Assembly: GCA_028695445.1 (NCBI GenBank)
Contig: JAQVIV010000002.1
Coordinates: forward strand, 1 to 59,882
Direction of reading: 5' to 3'
Origin: Candidatus Shapirobacteria bacterium
GTDB lineage: Bacteria; Patescibacteriota; Microgenomatia; 0-14-0-10-38-17
Length of the DNA stretch: 59,882 nucleotides
The translations under genes were made by a program, and so were the position numbers. Under the pieces are notes generated by a model that had not been told where the DNA came from, ran no database searches, and was given only the letters and a program-made list of their open reading frames with translations. Positions within the stretch are counted from its first letter, which is position 1. Every line of letters starts with the position of its first letter. Below, piece by piece: positions 31,778 through 40,672 of the stretch.

Positions 31778-32945
31778 AGACGAGTTGAAAAAAATAACCG
31801 AAAAAATTAATCAGCTGGAACAGGAAAACAAAGCCCTCAAGGAAAAACTTCTTTTAGAATTAGATCAAGAGCTAAAATCAAAAGTGGCTCAAAAAATTGC
31901 TAGAGCTGAGGAAGAAGTTAAATTAATCTCGGAAGAGAAAGCCCGGCAAATTTTAATTGAAGCCATGAAGCATGGGGCGACTGATATTACTGCCGAGTAT
32001 ACGGTTTCTTCGATAAAGGTTCCTTCAGAAGAGGTTAAGGGGAAGATTATTGGGCGTGAAGGCCGAAATATTCGAGTTTTTGAACGAGCCACTGGGGTGG
32101 ATCTAGATTTGGAGGAAGAGGGAGAAATTCGTTTATCTTCTTTTGATTCTCAAAGACGAGAAGTGGCCAAAAGAGCCCTTGAAAAATTGATCCGCGATGG
32201 TCGAGTTCAGCCTAATCGAATCGAAGAAATAGTTGATCAGGTTAAAAAGGAAGTTGATAAGATTGTCTTGGAAGAAGGAACCAGATTGTGCCAGGAAGTT
32301 GGGGTTTACGATTTACCTTTGGAATTGGTAGCGATGATTGGCAAATTTAGGTTTCGTTTTTCTTATGGTCAGAACTTATTGGTTCATACCTTGGAGGAAA
32401 CTAAAATTGCCCTCGAAATTGCTCATCAATTAAAGGCTGATGTTGACACTGTCCGCTTGGGCTGTCTGCTTCACGATATTGGTAAAGTAGTTGCTGATCG
32501 CAAAGGGTCTCATGTAGATTTAGGGGTGGAAATAGCCAGAAAATATAACTTGCCCGAAAAAGTTGTTAATACCATCGCCGAACATCACGAAGATAAACCC
32601 TTTTCTTCAATTGAGTCAGCAATTGTTTGGATTGCCGATGCTATCTCCGGTTCTCGACCGGCGGCTCGCTATGAGCCTCACGAAGACTATGTTGAGCGAA
32701 TGACCAAAATTGAAGAAGTGGCCAAGTCATTTTCAGGGGTAGTTGATGTGGCCGCTTATCAGGCAGGAAGGGAAGTACGAGTGGTGGTTGAGCCTGACCA
32801 AATTTCTGACGACGAAGTGACTATTTTAGTTCATGAAATTGCCGAAAAGTTAGAAGAAATGGCTCGCTGGGCCGGTCGAATTAGAGTAACGGTTATTCGT
32901 GAAGTTAGAGCCCAAAAAACTGCTCCCCTAACAGAAGAAGATTAA
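31770..32945 (+). CDS. rny: ribonuclease Y (as annotated, lacks the N-terminal TM anchor)
   Basis: KH domain GKIIGREGRNIRVFE. HD domain LLHDIGK...EHH. Confidence 0.93.
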   Translation: MTKDELKKITEKINQLEQENKALKEKLLLELDQELKSKVAQKIARAEEEVKLISEEKARQILIEAMKHGATDITAEYTVSSIKVPSEEVKGKIIGREGRNIRVFERATGVDLDLEEEGEIRLSSFDSQRREVAKRALEKLIRDGRVQPNRIEEIVDQVKKEVDKIVLEEGTRLCQEVGVYDLPLELVAMIGKFRFRFSYGQNLLVHTLEETKIALEIAHQLKADVDTVRLGCLLHDIGKVVADRKGSHVDLGVEIARKYNLPEKVVNTIAEHHEDKPFSSIESAIVWIADAISGSRPAARYEPHEDYVERMTKIEEVAKSFSGVVDVAAYQAGREVRVVVEPDQISDDEVTILVHEIAEKLEEMARWAGRIRVTVIREVRAQKTAPLTEED

Positions 32946-33002
32946 CCTTGACAGCCCGACCCTGATCGGCTATTCTTTTTCTTGCCTGTTTATAAGAAAA
33001 AC

Positions 33003-33030
33003 TTGGAATGACAGCAATAATCGCTATAAT
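33003..33030 (+). promoter_or_regulatory. promoter TTGGAA-N16-TATAAT for hup
   Basis: ttggaa at 33003-33008; tataat at 33025-33030. SD gggagg at 33044-33049 lies 9 nt before the ATG. Confidence 0.5.
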
Positions 33031-33058
33031 TTAGGTTGATAAAGGGAGGTGGAAAAGA

Positions 33059-33334
33059 ATGATTAAAAGTCAAATTATTGAAGAAGTGGCTAAAAAAGCC
33101 AACACCACTAAGAAAAACGCTCGAGAAGTGATTGATTTGTTTTTGGAGGAAGTTAAAAAAGCTTTGGCTCGAGGCGAATCGAAGGTGGTTGTCTCCGGAT
33201 TTGGCACTTTCCGAACCACTATGGTGAAAGAGAAGAAAGTGACCGTTCCGGGCAGCAGTGAAACTGTTAAGGTGAAGGCTCATCGAGCCGCCCGATTCAG
33301 TCCCGGTAAAGCTTTAAAAAGAGCAGTCAAATAA
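33059..33334 (+). CDS. hup: HU family DNA-binding protein
   Basis: 91 aa. Contains GFGTF......E....PG, R.A.F.PGKALK. Confidence 0.93.
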   Translation: MIKSQIIEEVAKKANTTKKNAREVIDLFLEEVKKALARGESKVVVSGFGTFRTTMVKEKKVTVPGSSETVKVKAHRAARFSPGKALKRAVK

Positions 33335-33352
33335 AAACCGACTCTTTTTAAC

Positions 33353-33386
33353 AGAAAAAAAGCGCTCGTTTTTGAGCGCTTTTTTA
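33353..33386. terminator. bidirectional intrinsic terminator between hup and tatD
   Basis: aaaaaa-agcgctc-gttttt-gagcgct-tttttt. Confidence 0.8.
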
Positions 33387-33402
33387 TTACAACACCACAC
33401 CT

Positions 33403-34224
33403 TTAAGGTGTAAACTGGAAGGTGTAGGGGGAGAAAAGTTGCTTGGCATTAACGGTGGTTTGTTTGGCTATTGTTGCCAAGGGAAGGTTTTTTGTTTTGG
33501 CGACGAATTCAGCAATTATTTTTAGATTTTGGGGTTCATTGGGGAAGGGCTGTTCTTTTTTGGTCGGTTCTGGCGTTAGGTAGGGGCTATCGGTTTCTAG
33601 GACCAATCTTTCTAGGGGCACCTCTTTAATAAAGCGCGCCTTCTTGTTCCAATAGGTAACATCACCATCTACACCGATGAAAATTTGGTGTTTTTGAGCA
33701 AAGGTTAACAGCTCTTCATCGGGCTCACAGCAGTGAAAAACGGCATGATTTTCAAAACCCTTATGCCAATTTTTTTCGATTATTGCCAGCATATCGGCCT
33801 TGGCCTCCCGATTGTGAAAAATAATTGGTTTTTGGTATTTTTGGGCGAGCTTTAATTGTTTGACAAAGAGATTTTTTTGATCTTTTTTAAACTGGTTGTC
33901 AATTTGGTAATTTTTATGTTTTGTTTTTCGGTATTGATGGTAATCAAGCCCGATTTCTCCTATCGCTGTCACTTGGGGGTTTTTAATTAAATTTTCCAGC
34001 TTTTTAAAATCAACCCCATCTTGGGCGTGGTGGGGGTGAATGCCAATTGCCGCCCAAACATTAGGATATTTTTTGGCCAAAAGAGTCGCTTTTTGGGAGC
34101 TTTCTAAATTAGCTCCAGGAACAAGAAAATAACCGACATTATTTTTTTGGGCCTGAGTAATAACTTTTTCTTCTTGGTCGGCAAAGGCGTCAAAATTTAA
34201 GTGGCAGTGAGTATCAAAAAGCAT
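33403..34224 (-). CDS. tatD: TatD family hydrolase
   Basis: MLFDTHCHLNF, GEIGLDY, IFHNREA, ETDSPYL motifs. Confidence 0.93.
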   Translation of the reverse strand: MLFDTHCHLNFDAFADQEEKVITQAQKNNVGYFLVPGANLESSQKATLLAKKYPNVWAAIGIHPHHAQDGVDFKKLENLIKNPQVTAIGEIGLDYHQYRKTKHKNYQIDNQFKKDQKNLFVKQLKLAQKYQKPIIFHNREAKADMLAIIEKNWHKGFENHAVFHCCEPDEELLTFAQKHQIFIGVDGDVTYWNKKARFIKEVPLERLVLETDSPYLTPEPTKKEQPFPNEPQNLKIIAEFVAKTKNLPLATIAKQTTVNAKQLFSPYTFQFTP

Positions 34225-34255
34225 AATAGAGATTATATCCTATTGATTTGGGGGT

Positions 34256-34261
34256 TATAAT
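34256..34261 (+). promoter_or_regulatory. TATAAT hexamer exactly 6 nt upstream of the ychF ATG (leaderless geometry)
   Basis: tataat-aaggat-ATG. Confidence 0.35.
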
Positions 34262-34267
34262 AAGGAT

Positions 34268-35335
34268 ATGTCTTTATCGGTTGGGATAGTTGGTTTGCCC
34301 AATGCCGGCAAGTCAACACTTTTTAATGCCTTGTTGGGGCGGCAGGTTGCTCGGGCGCAAAATTACCCTTTTTGCACCATTGAGCCTAATGTTGGCGTGG
34401 TTGAGGTGCCGGATGAAAAATTATCAGTTTTAGGAAAAATTGAAAATAGCCAGGCAATTATTCCGGCGGCGGTGGAGTTTGTTGATATTGCCGGCTTAGT
34501 CAAAGGAGCCTCTCAGGGGGAAGGTTTGGGTAATAAATTCTTGTCTCACATTCGGGAAGTAGATTTGATTTGCTATGTTTTGCGCAACTTTACTGATAGC
34601 AATGTTGAAAAGGCTAGTTCAGTTAACCCTCAAAGCGATTTAGAAACTCTTAAGACCGAACTAATTCTTAAAGATCTGGAGACTATTGGTAAAGTAACGG
34701 CCAAGAAACCCAAGACCGGTGATAAAGAAGAAGTTTTTCGTTATCAATTAGCCCAGAAGATTGAGGCGATACTAGAAAAAGAATTACTGCCAGTCAATCA
34801 GGATTGGGAAGACCAAGAGAGAAAAGCTTTGAATAGTTTTTTCTTGCTAACCGCTAAGCCCTATATGATTGTGTTAAATATTGATGAGGTTGACCTTGGT
34901 CGATTGGATGAGGTAATGGCTAATTTTCCTGATTGGGGAGTAGTGCCAATTTGTGCCAAGGTCGAGGCGGAATTGGCGCAACTGTCTCCAGAGGAAAAAA
35001 CCGAATACTTAGCCAGTTTGGGGACAAGCCATTCCGGTCTTGAGCTATTAATTAAGAAAGCTTATGCAAATCTGGGCTTAATTAGCTTCTATACTGCCGG
35101 CGAGAAAGAGGCTCGGGCCTGGACAATCCCCAGGGGCACCTTGGCTCCTCAGGCGGCAGGGGTGATTCATTCTGACTTTGAGAAAAACTTTATTAAAGCC
35201 GAAGTGGTTTCTTTTTCTGATTTTGTTAGTTTTGACGGCTGGGCTAGGTGTCGTCTTTTGGGGAAAACCAGATTTGAGGGGCGCGATTATCAATTTATAG
35301 GCGATGAAGTGGTGGAATTTAAGACGGGAAGATAG
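34268..35335 (+). CDS. ychF: redox-regulated ATPase YchF
   Basis: GIVGLPNAGKSTLFNAL, F.DIAGLV.GAS.GEGLGN.FL, C-terminal TGS-like domain. Confidence 0.96.
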   Translation: MSLSVGIVGLPNAGKSTLFNALLGRQVARAQNYPFCTIEPNVGVVEVPDEKLSVLGKIENSQAIIPAAVEFVDIAGLVKGASQGEGLGNKFLSHIREVDLICYVLRNFTDSNVEKASSVNPQSDLETLKTELILKDLETIGKVTAKKPKTGDKEEVFRYQLAQKIEAILEKELLPVNQDWEDQERKALNSFFLLTAKPYMIVLNIDEVDLGRLDEVMANFPDWGVVPICAKVEAELAQLSPEEKTEYLASLGTSHSGLELLIKKAYANLGLISFYTAGEKEARAWTIPRGTLAPQAAGVIHSDFEKNFIKAEVVSFSDFVSFDGWARCRLLGKTRFEGRDYQFIGDEVVEFKTGR

Positions 35336-35370
35336 GGTGGGTTTGGGGAGAGTTGATGTTGAATTCTAAA

Positions 35371-35413
35371 GGTCCGAAGCTATCCGACCCCAGGGGTCGG
35401 ATAGCTTCGGACC
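35371..35413. repeat. 43-bp perfect palindrome, copy 1 (centre A)
   Basis: ggtccgaagctatccgacccc-a-ggggtcggatagcttcggacc. Confidence 0.95.
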
Positions 35414-35430
35414 TTCGTTAAAGAGGCTTG

Positions 35431-35439
35431 TGCTATACT
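35431..35439 (+). promoter_or_regulatory. extended -10 (tgctatact) 9 nt before the nitroreductase ATG
   Basis: A TGnTATACT pattern lying between palindrome copy 1 and the ATG at 35449. Confidence 0.35.
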
Positions 35440-35448
35440 TAAAAAAAG

Positions 35449-35970
35449 ATGAATAAAGTTGCCGAGGTAATTAGAAAGCGGCGCAGTGTTCGCGCCTATC
35501 AAGATAGACCGGTTGAAGAAGAGAAAATAGAAGCGATTTTGAAGGCGGCTCAATTTGCTCCTTCGGCTAACCACAAAAACCCTTGGCGGTTTTGGGTGGT
35601 GAGAAACAAAGAAGTTTTAAATCAATTGTCTCAGGCTACTCCTTGGGGTTCCTTCATTGCTCAAGCTCCTCTGGCAATTGTAGTTTGTGCCGATGAAGCT
35701 TTGTCTAGAGAATGGTTAGAAGATGCGGCCATTTCTGGAGCCCATATTTATCTTGAAGCAGTTAATCAGGGTTTGGGGACTTGCTGGGTGCAAAATCGAG
35801 ACTCAAAGACGAACCGAGGAGAAAGCAGTGAAGCCTATATCAAAAATATACTTGATATCCCTGATAATTTTCGTGTTATTGCCACGTTTCCGATTGGTTA
35901 TCCTGCTGAGAAAAAACCACCCCATTCTGATCAAGACTACGAAAAAGACAAGGTTCATTTTATTGAATAA
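35449..35970 (+). CDS. nitroreductase family protein
   Basis: IRKRRSVRAY, APSA.N..PWRF.VV, small (173 aa) FMN-reductase-like pattern. Confidence 0.85.
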   Translation: MNKVAEVIRKRRSVRAYQDRPVEEEKIEAILKAAQFAPSANHKNPWRFWVVRNKEVLNQLSQATPWGSFIAQAPLAIVVCADEALSREWLEDAAISGAHIYLEAVNQGLGTCWVQNRDSKTNRGESSEAYIKNILDIPDNFRVIATFPIGYPAEKKPPHSDQDYEKDKVHFIE

Positions 35971-36057
35971 ACCTCCCGTTTGTTTTGATTGGTCTTCTTG
36001 TTGCTTGAGTAGTAGAATTGGACTAAAAGTTTTTTGTTTTTAAAAATTATTTTTGAA

Positions 36058-36100
36058 GGTCCGAAGCTATCCGACCCCTGGGGTCGGATAGCTTCGGACC
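36058..36100. repeat. 43-bp perfect palindrome, copy 2 (centre T, the inverse of copy 1)
   Basis: ggtccgaagctatccgacccc-t-ggggtcggatagcttcggacc. Confidence 0.95.
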
Positions 36101-36122
36101 TACCTATTTATTGGTTTCTAAG

Positions 36123-37217
36123 ATGTTGGCTAAGGCAAAAACCTACTACATTAAAACATTTGGCTGTCAAGCCAATGAGGCTGATTCGGAGAAAATTGCC
36201 AGTTTTCTAGATCAGGCTGGTCTAAGAGAGAGCCGGGAAATTAAGCGAGCCGATTTAGTAGTGATTAACTCTTGCGCTGTTCGCCAATCAGCCGAAGACA
36301 GAGCGATTGGTCTAGTTCATAATCTAAGTCAAAAAACCAAGCGGCCAATAATTATTGTCTCCGGTTGTTTTCTTTATCATAACAAAAAATATCTTTACGG
36401 CAAGCTTGGTCAAAAAGTTGATCATTTTATTAGAACCGCTTTTTGGCCAGAATTTATCGCCCGGTACTGGCGGGTTAAGGTTGAGCAAGATAGGGTTAAA
36501 AGAAAAACGACCAACCCGGTTTATGTTCCAATTATGGAAGGTTGTAATAATTTTTGTACTTATTGTGTGGTGCCCCATGCTCGAGGCCGGGAAAAATCTT
36601 TTTTACCCAAGAAGATAATCTGTCAGGTTAATCAGGCCATAATTTCTGGCTATCAAGATATTTTGCTTTTAGGCCAAAATGTTAACAGCTATGGCAAGGA
36701 CTTAAAAGAAAAAGATTTGGTATTTTTAAGAAAAGAAACAAAATTTGGGACCCCCTTTGCCGCTCTATTGGCCAAACTAAACGATTTAAAAGGTTTAAAA
36801 AAAATATCTTTTTTAACCTCTAATCCTCAAGATTTAGACGATGATATTATTCGGGCTTTAACTTTGAGCAGGGTTGATCGTCAGCTTCACTTACCGGTTC
36901 AATCGGGGGATGATGATATGTTGAAAATAATGAACAGAAAATATACCGCGCTTCAATATATTAAACTGGTCAAAAAAATAAAAAAAACAATTCCAGAAAT
37001 CAAAATAAGTACTGATATTATTGTTGGTTTCCCCGGAGAGACAGAAGAACAATTTCAAAATACTGTTAGCCTTTGTCGGGAGATTAATTTTAATAAAGCC
37101 TATATTAACAAGTACTCTCCCCGACCGCAAACAGAAGCGGCCAAACTGGAAGATGATGTTTCCTGGTCTGAAAAAAAACGCCGCTGGCAAATTTTAGACC
37201 AGTTAATTAACGGTTAA
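36123..37217 (+). CDS. miaB: MiaB/RimO-family radical-SAM methylthiotransferase, no C-terminal TRAM domain apparent
   Basis: UPF0004 domain TFGCQANEADSE...INSCAVR. Radical-SAM motif EGCNNFCTYCVVP. Ends shortly after YSPRPQT. Confidence 0.8.
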   Translation: MLAKAKTYYIKTFGCQANEADSEKIASFLDQAGLRESREIKRADLVVINSCAVRQSAEDRAIGLVHNLSQKTKRPIIIVSGCFLYHNKKYLYGKLGQKVDHFIRTAFWPEFIARYWRVKVEQDRVKRKTTNPVYVPIMEGCNNFCTYCVVPHARGREKSFLPKKIICQVNQAIISGYQDILLLGQNVNSYGKDLKEKDLVFLRKETKFGTPFAALLAKLNDLKGLKKISFLTSNPQDLDDDIIRALTLSRVDRQLHLPVQSGDDDMLKIMNRKYTALQYIKLVKKIKKTIPEIKISTDIIVGFPGETEEQFQNTVSLCREINFNKAYINKYSPRPQTEAAKLEDDVSWSEKKRRWQILDQLING

Positions 37218-37240
37218 GCTTTTCGTGATAAAGTTAAATT

Positions 37241-38647
37241 ATGAGTGGCCTTTTTGGCGTTATTTCCAGAAAAGATTGTTCAGAGAACTTGTTTTATGGT
37301 ACCGATTATCACTCTCATTTGGGTGCCCAGCGAGCCGGTCTGGCGGTTTTTAATAGTCGGATTAAAAGAAGCATTCATAATATTGGCACCTCTCAATTTA
37401 AATCAAAGTTTGTTGACGAATTGCCTCAACTAAAAGGCAATTCGGGCATTGGGGTAATTTCTGACTTGGAGCCACAGCCAATTATTATTTCTGCTTCCTT
37501 TGGTACTTTTGCCCTGGTTTTTAATGGTCTTTTGGCTAATAAACGCCAGTTGGCTAAAGAGCTTATGTCAAGAGGGAGAAGTTTTTCGGAAATGTCGAGT
37601 GGTCAGATTAATTCTGTTGAGGTGATCGGAAAATTAATCGCCAGCCGAAATAATATTCTTGAGGGAATAAAGTATTTTTTTGAAAAAATCTCCGGATCAG
37701 CTTCTTTGTTGATTTTAGCCAAAGAGGGAGTTTATGCTATTCGAGACGGTTTGGGTCGAACCCCATTAGTAGTTGCCAAAAAGGGGGAAACCCTGGCGGT
37801 GGCTTCGGAAAATAGCGCCTTTGCCAGTTTGGGGCTTGTTTCGGTAAAAGAGCTTCTTCCAGGAGAAACAGTGTTGTTAACCAGGAAGGGGTGGCAAAAA
37901 AAGATTCCTGGCCAAAAGAAGGAAAAAATTTGCGCTTTTTTATGGATTTATAGTGGGTTTCCGGCCTCTTCTTATAATGGTAAATCGGTTGAGTTGGTTC
38001 GGGAGCGATGCGGAGAAAATTTGGCCAGGGCGGATAATATAAGGGCTGATTTGGTTACCGGAGTACCTGATTCGGGTATTGCTCATGCTTTAGGATATGC
38101 CAGAGCATCCGGGTTTCCCTATCGGCGGCCGTTGGTAAAATATACCGCCGGTTATGGCAGAAGTTATACCCCCCCTTTGCAAGAAACCAGAGATCAAGTG
38201 GCCAAAATGAAACTAATTCCAATTAGGGAAGTTATTAAGGGCAAAAGAATTATTGTTTGTGATGATTCTATTGTTAGGGGAACTCAATTGAAAAACCAGG
38301 GAGTGAAAAAGCTCTGGCAAAGTGGTGCCAAAGAAGTTCATGTGAGGATCGCCTGTCCACCCTTGATGTTTCCTTGCCGCTATTGCCTTTCAACCAGAAC
38401 CAGAAAGGAGCTGGCAACAAGACGAATCCTGGCTAAACTTGTTGGTCGAAGAGTTACCGATCAAGAGGCTGGGGGCTATGTTGATGATAAGGGCTCTGAT
38501 TATGGCGAAATGGTTTCTTTGCTTGGTCAAGAGCTGGGAGTAACTTCTCTTAAGTATCAAACAGTGGATGAGATGATTTTGGCTATTGGTTTACCCCAAA
38601 AAAGACTTTGTTTAGAATGTTGGCTGGGGAGAAGAGACAATGAATAA
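37241..38647 (+). CDS. amidophosphoribosyltransferase (PurF)-like protein with degenerate glutaminase site
   Basis: Starts MSGLFG rather than MCG(I/V)FG. The PRTase part is intact (VTGVPDSG, IIVCDDSIVRGTQ, AKEVHVRIACPP..FPC.Y). Cys residues sit at positions resembling the Fe-S ligands. Confidence 0.75.
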   Translation: MSGLFGVISRKDCSENLFYGTDYHSHLGAQRAGLAVFNSRIKRSIHNIGTSQFKSKFVDELPQLKGNSGIGVISDLEPQPIIISASFGTFALVFNGLLANKRQLAKELMSRGRSFSEMSSGQINSVEVIGKLIASRNNILEGIKYFFEKISGSASLLILAKEGVYAIRDGLGRTPLVVAKKGETLAVASENSAFASLGLVSVKELLPGETVLLTRKGWQKKIPGQKKEKICAFLWIYSGFPASSYNGKSVELVRERCGENLARADNIRADLVTGVPDSGIAHALGYARASGFPYRRPLVKYTAGYGRSYTPPLQETRDQVAKMKLIPIREVIKGKRIIVCDDSIVRGTQLKNQGVKKLWQSGAKEVHVRIACPPLMFPCRYCLSTRTRKELATRRILAKLVGRRVTDQEAGGYVDDKGSDYGEMVSLLGQELGVTSLKYQTVDEMILAIGLPQKRLCLECWLGRRDNE

Positions 38648-39647
38648 ATTATTGGTAGTTTGTGGTCCGACAGCAATGGGGAAAACTGCTTTGGCGATAG
38701 AACTGGCGAAAAAATTTACTGGAGAATTGGTTAACGCCGACTCACGGCAAATTTATCGAGGGATGGATATTGGGACCGGGAAGGACTTACCGGTAAACTC
38801 TAAATTCAAAACTCAAAACTCAAAACTGGGAATAAAGAAGGAAAGATATCAAATTGGCTATTATTTAGTTTCGGGAGTGCCGATTTGGTTGCTGGATGTA
38901 GTTTGGCCCGATTACCGTTTTAGCGTGGCTGATTATATTAGAGTGGCCACTCCGGTAATAAGGGCCATTTGGCAAAGAAAGAAATTACCAATTTTAGTTG
39001 GGGGAACCGGATTTTATCTTAAGGGTTTATTAGAAGGGGTTGATACTATTGGCATTACCCCCGATTGGCCTTTTCGCAAAAAGTTAGAGGGGTTAACGGT
39101 CGACAGGCTTCAGAAACGAGCCCAAAAAGTAAATCCTAATCGGTTTAATAGAATGAATTATTCTGATCGACACAACCCAAGACGGTTGATTCGGGTAATT
39201 GAAGTCGCTCACCCCAGACAAGATGGGGAAAAATTTGGAGAGGGCGGTGGTTTGGTCCTAGACAAAGAACAGGTTTTTTGGTTGGGCCTAACAGCCGCTA
39301 TTGGGAAATTAGATCAAAAAATTAGCCAAAGAGTTAAAAAAAGACTCGAAATGGGGTTGGGGGCAGAAATAGAAGAGCTTTTAAAAAGATTTAGTTTTGA
39401 TAATAGTGTTTTGGGAGAAACGATTGGTTATCGCCAGTGGCAAGAATATTTTCAGACTCCACCCAATCAGAAAGATCAAGTTTTAGATGATGTTGTTGAT
39501 GGCTGGAAAAGAGCTGAGCGGCAGTATGCCCGACGCCAGTTAACCTGGTTTAAAAAAAACAAGCAAGTTAATTGGTTTTCTATTGAAAAAAAGGGCTGGC
39601 TGTCGGCAGTAGTCAAAGCGGTTGATCAGTGGTATATTAAGAAATAA
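38640..39647 (+). CDS. miaA: tRNA dimethylallyltransferase with a low-complexity insertion
   Basis: GPTAMGKTALAIELA, NADSRQIYRGMDIGTGK, GGTGFY motifs. The start overlaps the previous gene by 8 nt. Confidence 0.93.
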   Translation: MNKLLVVCGPTAMGKTALAIELAKKFTGELVNADSRQIYRGMDIGTGKDLPVNSKFKTQNSKLGIKKERYQIGYYLVSGVPIWLLDVVWPDYRFSVADYIRVATPVIRAIWQRKKLPILVGGTGFYLKGLLEGVDTIGITPDWPFRKKLEGLTVDRLQKRAQKVNPNRFNRMNYSDRHNPRRLIRVIEVAHPRQDGEKFGEGGGLVLDKEQVFWLGLTAAIGKLDQKISQRVKKRLEMGLGAEIEELLKRFSFDNSVLGETIGYRQWQEYFQTPPNQKDQVLDDVVDGWKRAERQYARRQLTWFKKNKQVNWFSIEKKGWLSAVVKAVDQWYIKK

Positions 39648-39652
39648 TTATT

Positions 39653-40639
39653 ATGATTAAAAAAGTTGAGATTTCTCATAAAACCATTTTTTTTATTTTA
39701 GTGGTTTTGTTTTTATTCTGGTCTGCCTATTTAATTAGGGATATTATTCTTCTTTTTTATGTTGGGGTTTTGTTAATGTTGGCCTTAGGGCCGGGAGTTA
39801 ACAAGCTGGAAAAACTAAGAGTGCCCAGGATTTTGGCGGTTTTACTAAACTATTTGGCTTTTTTCGGTTTTCTTGTTTTAGCGATTTTTCTTTTAGCCGG
39901 TCCCTTATCGCAACAGGGCGGCTTGCTTTTACAGCAAATTGTTAAATTAGCCGAAACCGCTGGGGCGGGAGATTGGTTATCGACAATGATTCAAGATCCT
40001 TTTAAAAATATTTTACCTCTTTCCGGTAATATTTTTCGGATAACTCAAACAATTTTTGGTAATTTAGTCCAGGTTTTTTCGGTTTTGGTGGTAAGCTTTT
40101 ATTTAATTTTAGATAGAAAGAAATTGCCTTCTCGCCTAGAGCAGTTTTTTGGTAAAAAAAGAACTCGGAAAGTGGAAATAATTATTAGAAGGGCCGAAAG
40201 AGAAGTTGGCCGCTGGCTTTGGGGCGAGCTTTTGTTAATGCTAATTGTTGCCTTGTTAACTTATTTGGTTTTATTGCTTTTAAGGTTTCCCTATGCTTTG
40301 CCCTTGGCTTTTTTGGCAGGGTTATTAGAGGTTTTGCCCAATATTGGTCCAGTTCTGGCGGCAATTCCGGCCATCGTTATTGGTTTTACCATCAACCCCT
40401 TAATGGCTGTTTTGGCCGCTTTAGTTTTTTTGGTTATTCAACAGTTAGAGAATAGCCTGATTACCCCCAAGATAATGCAGGGGGCGACAGGCATCAATCC
40501 GATTATTACCCTGTTGGGACTGTTGGTTGGCTTTCGTTTGGCCGGAGCCGTTGGGGCGATTTTTGCTTTACCAACAATTTTAATTATTAAAGTTGTTATT
40601 GAAGAAACAGTTTTGCCCCGTATTACCCGCATGGACTAG
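39653..40639 (+). CDS. AI-2E family transporter (PerM-like)
   Basis: 328 aa with about 7-8 TM helices. Contains LLEVLPNIGPVLAAIPA and the Q.LE...I.PKIMG pattern. Confidence 0.85.
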   Translation: MIKKVEISHKTIFFILVVLFLFWSAYLIRDIILLFYVGVLLMLALGPGVNKLEKLRVPRILAVLLNYLAFFGFLVLAIFLLAGPLSQQGGLLLQQIVKLAETAGAGDWLSTMIQDPFKNILPLSGNIFRITQTIFGNLVQVFSVLVVSFYLILDRKKLPSRLEQFFGKKRTRKVEIIIRRAEREVGRWLWGELLLMLIVALLTYLVLLLLRFPYALPLAFLAGLLEVLPNIGPVLAAIPAIVIGFTINPLMAVLAALVFLVIQQLENSLITPKIMQGATGINPIITLLGLLVGFRLAGAVGAIFALPTILIIKVVIEETVLPRITRMD

Positions 40640-40656
40640 TGTTTGGCCCCTCTTTT

Positions 40657-40665
40657 TGTTATAAT
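40657..40665 (+). promoter_or_regulatory. extended -10 (tgttataat) for rnpB
   Basis: The hexamer ends 7 nt before the first base of helix P1. Confidence 0.5.
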
Positions 40666-40672
40666 TGACTGG

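Noticed and set aside
35380-35574. 64-aa minus-strand ORF.
   Set aside because: It is antisense to the nitroreductase start and runs into the 43-bp palindrome.
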